Assembly: GCA_034530875.2 (NCBI GenBank) | Contig: JAVRCJ020000003.1 | Coordinates: forward strand, 128,001-192,000 | Direction: 5' to 3' | Length of the DNA stretch: 64,000 nucleotides | Source: Nostoc sp. DedSLP01 | GTDB taxonomy: Bacteria > Cyanobacteriota > Cyanobacteriia > Cyanobacteriales > Nostocaceae | Shown here: positions 22,148-32,766 of the stretch, one piece after another | Layout of the letters: each line of letters starts with the position of its first letter | Position numbering within the stretch: position 1 is the stretch's first letter | Translations under genes and position numbers: made by a program | The notes under the pieces: model-generated | Databases searched by the model: none | The model's input: only the letters and a program-made list of their open reading frames with translations | What the model was told of the DNA's origin: nothing

Positions 22148-23629
22148 CTAAAGTCCGAACACCCTTAAAATACTGAAGATAACACCTAGAGGCCCAGCGA
22201 CAAGACCTGCGCTATCACCGATTTTTGCTCCGCCGGAGCGGCCGACTACTACAACATCATTATTCCGGAGTATGGGATTAGTTTGCTCGTTAATTCCAGC
22301 AGAGAAATCCACTTTTACTACACGTTTAGTAACGGAACCATTAGGATTGAGACGAATCAAATCAACAGCATCGTCACTAGCTCTGGCATCGTTAAATCCG
22401 CCAGCAGCAAGTATAGCTTGATTTAAAGAGCTATTCGGCTGAATTTGTGTTAATCCTGGCTTTTTAACTTCCCCAACTACACCAACTTGGATGCTTGCGG
22501 GAGACAAAGTAGTTGTAGCTAGTTGAGTAGCTTCTGCCGGGTTGATTTCAGTTGCCGTTGGGATAACAATTGTATCCCCATCTTGGACGATGATATCTTG
22601 ATTGGCATCACCACTCTGCAACAATTGCCAAAGATTGATATCTATAGCTTGTTCGGAACCAGTTCTTGTAAGTCGGCGTAACTTGAGATTACGAATATCT
22701 GCTTGTGCTGTAATTCCCCCAGCTAGTTGAATTACGCGAGTCACATTTGGTAGACCAGTAGGAGTGGCAGTACCACTGTTAGCGTTTGCACCTGCCTGTT
22801 CGTTGACGCTACCTGGGGTGACTAGATACGAACCGGGACGGTTAACTTCACCAATAATTGTGACTGTACGGGGTGTGGTTTGACTGGCGGCAAAGTTAGC
22901 TGCAAATAAATTGCGAGATTCTGCTATGTCAAACTGATTTGCAGTTGGTACAACTATAGTGTCTCCATCCCGCAAAGTAATATCTTGTGATAATGTGCCT
23001 TTTTGGATGAGGTCTTTCAAGTTGAGCGTGACAACTTGCTCTGAAGAACGTATTTTACGCCGTAATTGAACTTGAGTCACATCCGCAGCCAGTGTGACTC
23101 CTTGAGCTGTTGTCAATGCGGCTAATACAGTGGGATATTGTACCCCTGGATTATCTCCAGCTCCTCCGCTTAAGCTCAGAGTATAAGCTCCGGGACGTGT
23201 TACCTCTCCCGCAACGAAAATATTGATGGGACGAGGGGATAATAAATTAACTGAAATTAGGGGACGCTTGAGATAGGTAGAGTATTTACAGGCAATTAAA
23301 TCAGCAGCTTGTTCGGTTGTTAGACCTTGAACGCGTACACTGCCAATTAAAGGTAAGTTGATTGCTCCACCCGGGGGAATTTGATATTCACCTGTGTACT
23401 CTGGAACTTCAAATACATTTACACGAATGCGATCGCCGCCTCCTAAGGTGTAATTTGAAGTATCGTTTGCCTGTTGTTGTGTAGTGTTGCGTAAGGCTTG
23501 TGATACGCATCTTTCATCGCTTGATGACTGAGCCTTAACCGCAGGTAGATAAGCTGAGAATGCTGCTATAACTAGCATCAGACCCACAACTGGTTGAGCA
23601 AGAAATTTAAACAAACTTGTGTTAGGCAT
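22148..23629 (-). CDS. wza: Polysaccharide export protein Wza/OPX with SLBB domains
   Basis: YTLGGGDRIRVNVF...INLPLIG...GLT; three GEV.RPG/KPG SLBB repeats; alternative GTG start at 23638. Confidence 0.9.
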   Translation of the reverse strand: MPNTSLFKFLAQPVVGLMLVIAAFSAYLPAVKAQSSSDERCVSQALRNTTQQQANDTSNYTLGGGDRIRVNVFEVPEYTGEYQIPPGGAINLPLIGSVRVQGLTTEQAADLIACKYSTYLKRPLISVNLLSPRPINIFVAGEVTRPGAYTLSLSGGAGDNPGVQYPTVLAALTTAQGVTLAADVTQVQLRRKIRSSEQVVTLNLKDLIQKGTLSQDITLRDGDTIVVPTANQFDIAESRNLFAANFAASQTTPRTVTIIGEVNRPGSYLVTPGSVNEQAGANANSGTATPTGLPNVTRVIQLAGGITAQADIRNLKLRRLTRTGSEQAIDINLWQLLQSGDANQDIIVQDGDTIVIPTATEINPAEATQLATTTLSPASIQVGVVGEVKKPGLTQIQPNSSLNQAILAAGGFNDARASDDAVDLIRLNPNGSVTKRVVKVDFSAGINEQTNPILRNNDVVVVGRSGGAKIGDSAGLVAGPLGVIFSILRVFGL

Positions 23630-24034
23630 ATTTCGCACAGATTCTGAAATTATGATTAATAAAATAGTGTCTAAACATTTTTATTTTGACTATACCTAAG
23701 TATTCAAGTTCCCCAACAATATTATTTTCCTAGAAAAGTGTCATTTACCGGAGAAAATTTATTTGGGGAATTTGAATTTTTAGTAAAGTTAATTTAAAGT
23801 TAGCAGAATTTCCGTATCACAATTATCAAAAATTTCAGACGGAGGTTAATTAAAGTTTTTTATACAATAAGTTGTCTTTTATCTAATGAGGCGATCGCTA
23901 GCAGAGTTTTTGAATAAAGTTAATTTAATGACACTTAATTTTTAATTGAAAATTTGCAACCAGTTACAACTTGTTGCCAAAATTAAAATCGGCAATATTG
24001 ACTTTTACGGCAGAGAATTATTTGGCGATCGCAA

Positions 24035-25018
24035 TTAATTAAGCGAATTATTTTTTGTCTGAATTTGCTCGATAAAAAACTCTTCTAGGGACTGACGAGA
24101 TAAATTCATGGCAATAATTTTACCCTCCATCAGACGAAGGCTAGCGAGAAAATCATAATAACCATCTTGTAGTGTACCTTGCCAGGAACCATCAGACTCA
24201 AATCTCAAATTAGGTAGCCATTTTTTAAGAATTTCCTCATCACCACCTTGACCTTTGACATGATATGTGTTGTTTATACCTAAAAGTTCGTTGAGGGAAC
24301 CAGAGCAAATTAATTCACCTTGAGCGAGGATGGCAATGCGATCGCAAATTTGTTCTACTTCACTGAGGATGTGGCTGTTGAAAAAAATCGTCTTGCCAGC
24401 GGCTTTTAAGGATAAAATTATTTCCCGCATTTGATAGCGTCCCACCGGATCGAGTCCAGACATCGGTTCATCGAGAAAAACCAATTCTGGTTCGTTAATT
24501 AGTGCCTGTGCCATACCGACACGCTGTAACATTCCTTTGGAGTAGCGACGCAGCAGCTTTTTGCGGGCATCGCCTTGGGATAAACCGACTAATTCCAGCA
24601 GTTGGGGAATGCGTCGACGTTGTACGCTCTGAGGAATTTGGAATAGTCCGGCTGCTAACTGTAAAAACTCCCAGCCAGTCAGATAGTCATACAAATAAGG
24701 ATTTTCCGGTAAGTAGCCGATGTCTTGCTTGACATTGCGATCGCCAATTGGCTTACCTAACAATAATCCTCGTCCGCTAGTCGGACGAATAATCCCCAAC
24801 AACAGTTTTAAAAGGGTGGTTTTACCGGCACCATTTGGCCCCAGCAAACCAAAGGTTTCGCCTTTATAAACTTTTAAAGAACAGCTTTTAAGAGATACGA
24901 CTTTTTGATTTAGCCAAAAACCAGTACGATAAACTTTTCGCAACTCAGAAGTTACGACTACTGGCAAAGTGTTTGTCGTATTCACTTGAGAATCAGGGTC
25001 ATCTACAACAGACTTCAT
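24035..25018 (-). CDS. ABC transporter ATP-binding protein
   Basis: GPNGAGKTT, YSKGMLQR, VFLDEP. Confidence 0.95.
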   Translation of the reverse strand: MKSVVDDPDSQVNTTNTLPVVVTSELRKVYRTGFWLNQKVVSLKSCSLKVYKGETFGLLGPNGAGKTTLLKLLLGIIRPTSGRGLLLGKPIGDRNVKQDIGYLPENPYLYDYLTGWEFLQLAAGLFQIPQSVQRRRIPQLLELVGLSQGDARKKLLRRYSKGMLQRVGMAQALINEPELVFLDEPMSGLDPVGRYQMREIILSLKAAGKTIFFNSHILSEVEQICDRIAILAQGELICSGSLNELLGINNTYHVKGQGGDEEILKKWLPNLRFESDGSWQGTLQDGYYDFLASLRLMEGKIIAMNLSRQSLEEFFIEQIQTKNNSLN

Positions 25019-25196
25019 CTTGGTTAGATCGCTAATTAGCAACTTGTTATTTACTACAAGTTACCCACTAGGCTGATAAGAATCACCATCAAGTCTGAGA
25101 ATTATCGCAAACAGTGCTGAGTAATGATTGAGGAGTTAGGAGTTAGGAGTTAGTATTCTCTTTTCTGCTCCTGTGCCCCTCTGCCCTTAAAACTTC

Positions 25197-25838
25197 TTAC
25201 AAGACGCCCTTAGAACTAGGAATCACACCAGCACGGCGGGGGTCGATTTCCACTGCTAGGCGTGTTGCTCTGGCAAAGGCCTTAAATGTCGCCTCAATAA
25301 TGTGATGGGAATTAATGCCATCCAGTTGCCGAATGTGGAGTGTCATTTGGCTATGGTTGACTAATGCCACAAAGAATTCGCGCACTAGCTGGGTGTCATA
25401 GGTTCCTACACGCTGGGTAGGAATTTGTAACCCATAGCTGAGGTGAGGACGTCCAGAAAAGTCGAGCGCCACTTGAACTAAAGCTTCATCCAATGGAGCA
25501 AGGAAATTACCAAAGCGGACAATGCCTTTCCTATCGCCTAGTGCTTGGTTGAAAGCTTGCCCTAAGGTAATGCCTACATCTTCATTGGTGTGGTGGTCGT
25601 CAATTTCCCAGTCTCCCTTAGCTTGAATATCTAGGTCAATCAAACCGTGAGAGGCTATTTGATGCAACATGTGATCCAAAAACGGAACGCCTGTTGCTGC
25701 CGTGCATTTTCCTGTGCCATCAAGGTTGATGCTAACTTGGACATCAGTTTCCCCTGTGGTGCGATGAACGCTAGCAGTGCGAGGGGTTTTAGTCAACTGC
25801 TCGTAGTTGGAATTGACTTGGCGATTGGTGGTTTGCAT
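25197..25838 (-). CDS. hisB: Imidazoleglycerol-phosphate dehydratase
   Basis: [33 protein letters not shown]. Confidence 0.98.
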   Translation of the reverse strand: MQTTNRQVNSNYEQLTKTPRTASVHRTTGETDVQVSINLDGTGKCTAATGVPFLDHMLHQIASHGLIDLDIQAKGDWEIDDHHTNEDVGITLGQAFNQALGDRKGIVRFGNFLAPLDEALVQVALDFSGRPHLSYGLQIPTQRVGTYDTQLVREFFVALVNHSQMTLHIRQLDGINSHHIIEATFKAFARATRLAVEIDPRRAGVIPSSKGVL

Positions 25839-25921
25839 AGGGAAGAGATTAGAAGTGAGGAGTGAGGAGTTAGGAGTAATGAATTCTTAACTCCTAACTC
25901 ATAACTCATAACTTTATCGCG

Positions 25922-26698
25922 TCACATTCCCATAATTTCATATCCGGCATCTACATACAGAACTTGTCCGGTGATGCCGCTGGATAAATCACTGCATAAA
26001 AAAGCCGCAGTGTTGCCCACTTCCATCTGAGTGACAGTCCGTCGTAGGGGAGCGACTTGCTCCACATGATGAATCATATCTAATATTCCACCCACCGCTG
26101 AAGATGCCAAAGTCCGGATGGGGCCTGCGGAGATGGCATTGACGCGGATATTTTGCGGCCCTAGTTCAGCAGCTAGGTAACGCACGCTCATTTCTAAACC
26201 CGCTTTGGCAACTCCCATGACGTTATAGTTAGGAACTGCCCTGACGCCGCCTAAATATGTCAGGGTGACAATACTACCTCCCTCTGTCATTAAGGGTTTA
26301 GCTGCACCGCTTAGTTGCACTAGCGAATAAGTACTAATCTCTAGGGCAGTTTTAAAGCCAGAACGAGAAGTTTGGCTAAAATCTCCTGTCAAATCTTCTT
26401 TGTTGGCAAAGGCAAGACAATGAATGAGGATGTCTAGCTTTCCCCACTTATCGCGTACTGTCTCAAAGGTAGATTGAATTTGTTCGTCGTTTTGGACATT
26501 ACAGGGAAGAAATAAGCTGGGGTTGAGGGGTTGTACTAATTCGGCAACTTTTGTCTCCATTTTGCCGCGTTCATCCGGTAAGTAAGTAATTCCCAGATTA
26601 GCTCCTGCTTTGTGCAGTTGTTGAGCGATACCCCAAGCTATGGAACGGTTATTGGCAATACCTGTAACCAGAGCATTTTTTCCAGTCAAATTCAGCAT
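25922..26698 (-). CDS. fabI: Enoyl-ACP reductase FabI
   Basis: GIANNRSIAWGIA, YNVMGVAKAGLE, ISAGPIRTLAS. Confidence 0.98.
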   Translation of the reverse strand: MLNLTGKNALVTGIANNRSIAWGIAQQLHKAGANLGITYLPDERGKMETKVAELVQPLNPSLFLPCNVQNDEQIQSTFETVRDKWGKLDILIHCLAFANKEDLTGDFSQTSRSGFKTALEISTYSLVQLSGAAKPLMTEGGSIVTLTYLGGVRAVPNYNVMGVAKAGLEMSVRYLAAELGPQNIRVNAISAGPIRTLASSAVGGILDMIHHVEQVAPLRRTVTQMEVGNTAAFLCSDLSSGITGQVLYVDAGYEIMGM

Positions 26699-26936
26699 AG
26701 AAATTGTTAATGCGATCGATGATTAGGAGCATACTAGAATCTGAGGCACGTTTTGTCTTTGTTTTACACAGTATTTGCAAAAATGAATATTGGTAGGGGC
26801 GTTTCGTGTCGAAAAATTCTTGATTCTTTCTAAAGATATTCTCAATTTATCTTTATTTGTTCTTCAAAAACGCTTTTTAATACAGCGACTTGGAACTGTT
26901 TATCAACAATTTCTAGCTCAAGAGATCGACAATTAT

Positions 26937-26990
26937 GTATCATTATAAACAATGAGTTAAGAAGCAATTAGTTGGAGTATAGGAAAGTAC
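26937..26990 (+). promoter_or_regulatory. Two NtcA-binding sites in the ntcA promoter
   Basis: GTATCATTATAAAC (26937-26950, GTA-N8-AAC) and GTATAGGAAAGTAC (26977-26990, GTA-N8-TAC); ntcA autoregulation is established in Anabaena/Nostoc. Confidence 0.8.
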
Positions 26991-27078
26991 AGAAAGATTG
27001 ACGGTGCTTTATTGAATTTTCAGGTGTATTCTTAGGTAATTAGTTTTTGTTTTTCCGGCATTGGGTAGGGGAAGGGAG

Positions 27079-27750
27079 ATGATCGTGACACAAGATAAAG
27101 CCCTAGCAAATGTTTTTCGTCAGATGGCGACCGGGGCGTTTCCGCCAGTTGTGGAAACGTTTGAACGCAATAAAACGATCTTTTTTCCTGGCGATCCTGC
27201 CGAACGAGTTTATTTTCTTTTAAAAGGTGCTGTGAAACTTTCCAGGGTGTACGAGGCAGGAGAGGAAATAACGGTAGCACTGCTGCGAGAAAATAGTGTT
27301 TTTGGTGTATTGTCATTGCTGACAGGAAATAAATCCGATAGGTTTTACCATGCGGTTGCATTTACGCCTGCGGAATTACTGTCAGCGCCAATCGAACAAG
27401 TTGAGCAAGCACTCAAGGAAAATCCAGAATTATCAATGTTAATGCTGCGGGGTCTGTCTTCGCGAATCTTACAGACAGAGATGATGATTGAAACTCTTGC
27501 TCACCGAGATATGGGTTCCAGGTTGGTGAGTTTTTTATTAATTCTTTGTCGTGATTTTGGAGTTCCCTGTGCAGATGGGATCACAATTGATTTGAAGTTG
27601 TCTCATCAAGCGATCGCTGAGGCAATCGGTTCGACTCGTGTTACAGTTACTAGGCTACTAGGCGACTTGCGTGAAAAAAAGATGATTTCTATTCACAAGA
27701 AGAAGATTACTGTGCATAAACCCGTGACTTTAAGTCGCCAGTTCACATAA
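27079..27750 (+). CDS. ntcA: Global nitrogen regulator NtcA
   Basis: [23 protein letters not shown]...[27 protein letters not shown] at 27079 after GGGAG. Confidence 0.99.
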   Translation: MIVTQDKALANVFRQMATGAFPPVVETFERNKTIFFPGDPAERVYFLLKGAVKLSRVYEAGEEITVALLRENSVFGVLSLLTGNKSDRFYHAVAFTPAELLSAPIEQVEQALKENPELSMLMLRGLSSRILQTEMMIETLAHRDMGSRLVSFLLILCRDFGVPCADGITIDLKLSHQAIAEAIGSTRVTVTRLLGDLREKKMISIHKKKITVHKPVTLSRQFT

Positions 27751-27917
27751 AAAGAATTGGAGAAAGGGAGTCGGCGCGTGCTGTGTTTTCAAAGATCGCA
27801 CTAATAGCTAAAGGAAAATCTAAAATTGAGTAATGGAAGCTATTGCCAAACTCCACTTCTCCACAGACAATGGCTAAAAGTAGTAGGCTGTATCTGGAAG
27901 GATTTCGGTAGCTAAAC

Positions 27918-29408
27918 ATGACCACCGGATACATCCTCATCGCAGCAATTTTAATTCTGGGAGGCGTAATTGCAACCGTGGGCGATCGCATCGGCACGCG
28001 AGTTGGCAAAGCCCGCCTCTCACTCTTTAACCTCCGCCCGAAAAATACTGCCGTACTGGTAACTATATTTACTGGTGGTTTGATTTCAGCATCAACTTTA
28101 GGGATTTTATTCGCTGCTGACGATAAATTGCGGCAGGGAGTTTTTGAATTAGAAGATATTCAAACAGACCTCAGGCAAAAGCGGGAACAGCTAAAAACGG
28201 CAGAAACCCAGAAAAGTCAGGTAGAGAGCGAGTTAAATCAAGCCAGGGTTGCCCAAGCAAAGGCACAGCAAGACTTGCAAGCAATTAATCAATCATTGCA
28301 GGCGGTAAATGCCAAGCAAAGGCAAACCCAAGCCCAGCTCAACCGCACCATTCAGCAGCAAGCTCAAACGCAAAGTCAACTCCAACGCACTCAAGGACAA
28401 CTAGATCGAGTTGTCAGCCAGTACCAAAAAGCCATAGCCGAACTGCAAAGCGTTTACAATCAGCGAAAGGAACTACAGGCGGCAGTTGAAATACTCAAAA
28501 CCGAACGTCAACGGCTGTATGCTGAGGCCAAAAGAGCGATTGACGAAGCCAAAGCAGCCATCGTAAAACGCGATCGCGAACTTGCCAACCGCCAAGAAGC
28601 CATAGAAGCACGCGATCGCAAAATTGCCCAACTCGACAAACTGATTCAAAAGCGTAATTTAGAAATTACAGCTAGAGAGCAAGTGATTGCCAAACGAGAA
28701 TCTCGCCTCAAAGAATTGGAAGCACAACAGGAGGAATTAGAACAGGAAGTTGCCAGGCTGGAAAAATATTATCAGTCCTACCAAGACTTACGTTTGGGTA
28801 AACTGGCGTTAGTTCGCGGTCAAGTCCTGGCCGCTGCTGTAGTTCGCGTTACCCAAGCGGCTGCGGCTCGTCAGGCGGTAGTACAACTTTTACAACAAGC
28901 CAACCGCAACGCTAACTTGGAATTAAGCGAACCTGGTGCGACTTCTCCCAATGTAGAGCTTGTGCGCGTGACTCAAGAAAGAGTCGAGCAATTGAGCAAG
29001 CAAATTGAGGATGGCCGAGAATACGTCATCCGAATTTTCTCAGCGGGTAATTATGTCAGGGGAGAAAAGCAAATAGAATTTTTTACTGATATAGCCCGCA
29101 ATGAATTGGTTTTTTCTCAAGGAACGCAGTTAGCTACAACTACTGCCGATCCTACAAACATGACATCCTATCAGTTACAACAGCGATTAGAAATATTGAT
29201 TTCTGCTTCCCAATTTCGCGCTCGTAACGCCGGAATTGTGGAAAATGTGCAAGTAGACGGCACTTTTCTGCGTTTTGTCGCCCAATTAAGACAGTACAAT
29301 CAACCATTGGAAATCAAAGCGATCGCCGCGGAGGACACTTATACAGCCGGGCCATTAAGAGTCAAGTTAGTAGCAATAGTCAACGGACAAATTATTTTTA
29401 GTACGTGA
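27918..29408 (+). CDS. DUF3084 coiled-coil membrane protein
   Basis: GGVIATVGDRIGTRVGKARLSLFNLRPKNTA; long coiled coil; usual ntcA neighbour. Confidence 0.85.
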   Translation: MTTGYILIAAILILGGVIATVGDRIGTRVGKARLSLFNLRPKNTAVLVTIFTGGLISASTLGILFAADDKLRQGVFELEDIQTDLRQKREQLKTAETQKSQVESELNQARVAQAKAQQDLQAINQSLQAVNAKQRQTQAQLNRTIQQQAQTQSQLQRTQGQLDRVVSQYQKAIAELQSVYNQRKELQAAVEILKTERQRLYAEAKRAIDEAKAAIVKRDRELANRQEAIEARDRKIAQLDKLIQKRNLEITAREQVIAKRESRLKELEAQQEELEQEVARLEKYYQSYQDLRLGKLALVRGQVLAAAVVRVTQAAAARQAVVQLLQQANRNANLELSEPGATSPNVELVRVTQERVEQLSKQIEDGREYVIRIFSAGNYVRGEKQIEFFTDIARNELVFSQGTQLATTTADPTNMTSYQLQQRLEILISASQFRARNAGIVENVQVDGTFLRFVAQLRQYNQPLEIKAIAAEDTYTAGPLRVKLVAIVNGQIIFST

Positions 29409-29586
29409 AGTCAGAATTCTCCAATTCAGAATTCAGAATACAATTAGTGGGAGCTTCACCAGAAAGCCACCAGTGGCGGCTGACACCGTAGACGCTAGGA
29501 GGGCAGCTTGCTATAAGCAGCATAACTTTCCAACACAGTATTTATGGGGTCATTAATTTTGAATTTTGAATTCGGAGCGAAGCGAC

Positions 29587-30039
29587 GTGACTTTTCGTGA
29601 ATTTTTACCTACACAGCCAGTAATTTTGGGCTTCGATCCAGGTCGAGATAAGTGTGGTTTAGCGGTGATGGGACTAGATCGGCAATTATATTATCATCAA
29701 GTCGTGGTGGCAAAAGAGGCGATCGCTTCCATTGAGACACTGCGTCAGAAATTCCCCATCTCCTTGATGGTAATGGGTAACCAAACTACAGCCAAGAAGT
29801 GGAAACAGCAACTGTATCAAGAATTAGCAGAACCCCTGAATATCATTTTGGTAGATGAGCGTTATACGACCTTAGAAGCACGCGATCGCTATTGGCAAAT
29901 GTATCCACCCAAAGGGCTAATAAAACTCTTGCCAGAGGGTATGCGACAGCCCCCAAGACCGATAGATGACATTGTTGCCATTCTATTAATTGAAAGATAC
30001 TTAAATCGCCTCAGTGACTCAGCCAATTTTGGATTTTGA
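29587..30039 (+). CDS. yqgF: YqgF/RuvX-family nuclease
   Basis: ILGFDPGRDKCGLA, VDERYTT, DDIVAILL. Confidence 0.85.
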   Translation: MTFREFLPTQPVILGFDPGRDKCGLAVMGLDRQLYYHQVVVAKEAIASIETLRQKFPISLMVMGNQTTAKKWKQQLYQELAEPLNIILVDERYTTLEARDRYWQMYPPKGLIKLLPEGMRQPPRPIDDIVAILLIERYLNRLSDSANFGF

Positions 30040-30090
30040 ATTTTGGATTTTGGATTCAATCTAAAATCTAAAATCTAAAATTCAAAATTG
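30030..30090. repeat. Inverted heptamer (STRR-type) arrays between convergent genes
   Basis: (T/G)GATTTT-like units followed by AATCTAA/AAATCTA units. Confidence 0.7.
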
Positions 30091-30098
30091 AATAACTC

Positions 30099-30362
30099 CT
30101 AAAATTCCGCCCGAATAGTAAAAGCATAGTCTCCTCCAGGCTCTAGCTGATAATCTTGTTTCTCTAAAAATCGACCGAGGGGTTCTTTGATTAAGGCGCG
30201 GCCTTGGGATGGCTTGACGGCAAGTTCTCCCCTGCGAAAATGCCACTGGAAATGCCATTCAAATTCACCTGCACTTACTTCACCTTCAAGGAAGCCGTGT
30301 TGCCAAGATTGGCGGGTAATTTTGACATGGGCAATGGTTTCTGGCAGACGTTTGGCACTCAC
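30099..30362 (-). CDS. DUF3146 family protein
   Basis: LPETIAHVKITRQSW...GRALIKEPLGRFLE..DYQLEPGGDY. Confidence 0.8.
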   Translation of the reverse strand: MSAKRLPETIAHVKITRQSWQHGFLEGEVSAGEFEWHFQWHFRRGELAVKPSQGRALIKEPLGRFLEKQDYQLEPGGDYAFTIRAEF

Positions 30363-30712
30363 AATGCTTTATGTCAAGTGTGGAATAACAGCCATTGATA
30401 TAGGCTATTTATTTTATTTACCAAACATAGCTTAAATAGACAAACTGGCAAAATGAGTATTTCTAGTTGAGGAAGTTGTGTTAATCAGCCAAAAGTCTCG
30501 AATATAGGTAAGTTACGGCTATAACCTGGGCATATCTAAAAACCCAAGTTGCGGTTTATCAAATTTCAGATGGAGACTCAAGCGATCGCTTGCTTGCAAA
30601 CAAGTATATCTTGGGTAGTATTGCTGATGTAATTTTTGCTAAAAATATTACTAGTATTTCTTAAATTACTGAAATAAAAGTCATTATTTGTGATTCTGCC
30701 AAAGGGTAACTT

Positions 30713-31474
30713 CTAATATCTGAGGAAGGACTTTATTCTAGAAACAATATATCGAACACTATTTTCATTAGTATATTCTGGATTAATAGGAACTTCCTTG
30801 TAAGATTTCAGCACAATAACAGCACGATAAAGCTTAGAGTATTTATATTGCCGTTCTTGGATATCAAAATACAGAATACTTTCTAGGGGAAATTCAATAA
30901 TTTGGTTACCGCGCAGACCTTTACGTTCGATCGAGACTTTATTGAGGCTTTTGTAAAAGATGCAGGTAGTTACGGGCGATGTTCCAAAAAAAGCAGCGAT
31001 CGCCATTGCGATCGAGATAAATAAACTTAAAAAAAATAGATAATCTCGTTGATTTTGCTGCACTAATAGGGAAGTTTCATTAGACTCGATAAAATTATTT
31101 ATTTTCAATGCAACTTGCTGATTTTCTTGATAGCTCAGGTGGGATAAAAGTGTAAAGTCTCCAAATGGGCTTATAATGACAACTTCAGAAGTATTATTTT
31201 TGGAAGCCCTCTTGATAATTATGCGTGCTTCTTGGGGGTCAAAAATTTTCATTTTTTCCATACCTCCCAACAAATTAAACTGCCTCAATTCACAGTTGAT
31301 TTGGTTGAGTGAAAAATGGCGATCGCAAGTTAGTTGAATTGCAGCAGAATCAAAAACTAAGCAGTAAATTAAAAAGCTTAAACAAACAGCAAAAATACAC
31401 CACCCGACAAACCAATATCTCAGGGGTCGATGCTTTAGCTGCAATCTAGTACGAGTTTCCTCTACAATTTTCAT
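30713..31474 (-). CDS. Hypothetical membrane protein (two TM segments, two small beta-rich domains)
   Basis: 253-aa ORF with two hydrophobic segments; no family recognised. Confidence 0.7.
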   Translation of the reverse strand: MKIVEETRTRLQLKHRPLRYWFVGWCIFAVCLSFLIYCLVFDSAAIQLTCDRHFSLNQINCELRQFNLLGGMEKMKIFDPQEARIIIKRASKNNTSEVVIISPFGDFTLLSHLSYQENQQVALKINNFIESNETSLLVQQNQRDYLFFLSLFISIAMAIAAFFGTSPVTTCIFYKSLNKVSIERKGLRGNQIIEFPLESILYFDIQERQYKYSKLYRAVIVLKSYKEVPINPEYTNENSVRYIVSRIKSFLRY

Positions 31475-31634
31475 CAGTACTTGTCTAGAATATCAACTCT
31501 TAAGTAGAGTATTCCCTCGAAATTATCTATTTACTTATCGCCAAGTATAAGTATTAGGGAAGATTTCTCATGAATCGCTAAAAAACTTTTGATTAAGTGC
31601 TTCATAATTGGGTCAGAAAGCTATGACTAGAAGC

Positions 31635-32501
31635 ATGGAAACCAAACAGCTAGGAAAAACTGGTATCTTTGTAAGTGCGATCGGTTTGGGTGGTATGCCG
31701 ATGTCAATCTATAATCGCCCCCCTGAATCGGAATCAATCGAAGTTATTCATCGTGCCTTGGGCTTGGGTATTACATTTATTGACACTGCCGACTCTTACT
31801 GTAAAGATGAGTCAGATAAGCATCACAACGAACGGCTAATTCACAAAGCACTTGCCAGTTATAAAGGCGATATTAACCAAGTGATTGTCGCAACTAAGGG
31901 TGGTTTGATGCGTCCCGATGGTAACTGGACGCGCAACGGGAACCCAGAACACTTGCGCCAAACTATTAAAGTCAGCTTTGAGGCTTTAGGTGGTGCTAAA
32001 CCCATCGATGTTTGGCAATACCATTCACCCGATAGTAACTACACCATTGAAGAATCCCTGACACCAGTCAAAGAAGCAGTAGAAGCAGGTTTGATTCGGT
32101 TTGTGGGAGTATCTAATTTCTCCGTCGAACAAATTAAGCGGGCGCAGGATGTGGTAGATATTGTCTCGGTGCAAAATCAATACAGTCCTTGGGTACGACA
32201 GCCAGAATTTGACGGTGTGCTGGAGTATTGCGAAGAACAAGGATTGACTTTTTTACCCTGGAGTCCTTTTGGTGGTAGGCGTCGTCATCAGGACTTACAA
32301 GATATCCCAGCGATCGCTAACTTGGCTCAAAAAAAAGGCGTATCAGCGTATAATATTGTTCTGGCGTGGTTGCGTTCCAAGTCTCCTGCTATTTTGCCAA
32401 TTCCTGGAGCTAGCAAAATCTCTAGTATTGAAGATTCAGCACGAGCTATCAATGTGAAACTATCTGAAGAAGAAGTGCAAAAAATTGATGCGGCAACTTA
32501 A
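31635..32501 (+). CDS. Aldo/keto reductase
   Basis: VSAIGLGGM, FIDTADSY, ATKGG, VGVSNF, PIPGAS. Confidence 0.95.
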   Translation: METKQLGKTGIFVSAIGLGGMPMSIYNRPPESESIEVIHRALGLGITFIDTADSYCKDESDKHHNERLIHKALASYKGDINQVIVATKGGLMRPDGNWTRNGNPEHLRQTIKVSFEALGGAKPIDVWQYHSPDSNYTIEESLTPVKEAVEAGLIRFVGVSNFSVEQIKRAQDVVDIVSVQNQYSPWVRQPEFDGVLEYCEEQGLTFLPWSPFGGRRRHQDLQDIPAIANLAQKKGVSAYNIVLAWLRSKSPAILPIPGASKISSIEDSARAINVKLSEEEVQKIDAAT

Positions 32502-32667
32502 TTATTATCTGGGAATTCAGAATTCAGGAGCCAGAAGTCAGAATCGATGTGGGTTTGGCTTGATTACGAAGGAAAGAAGATAAATGCAAAATTAATTTTT
32601 TTGACTTTCTGATTGCTGAATTATTACATCGTTATTCCACAGTAATAGACTTGCTAAATACTATAGC

Positions 32668-32698
32668 AACCCGGTTTCTTAAAAAAACCGGGTTTTTT
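32668..32698 (+). terminator. Hairpin plus U-tract (terminator or dispersed palindrome)
   Basis: AACCCGGTTT-CTTAAAA-AAACCGGGTT-TTTT. Confidence 0.55.
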
Positions 32699-32766
32699 AT
32701 CAAGTAGGCTATCCATCAAATTAAACTGGATATGGCACTATTATCCAAGTAATTAAACTAAAATTT

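Noticed and set aside
27061..27078. TTG-initiated N-terminal extension of NtcA
   Set aside because: It covers the SD; the known protein starts MIVTQD at 27079.
29440..29540. GC-richer spacer between DUF3084 and yqgF as a tRNA or riboswitch
   Set aside because: No cloverleaf, T-loop or recognisable aptamer; probably a dispersed-repeat remnant.
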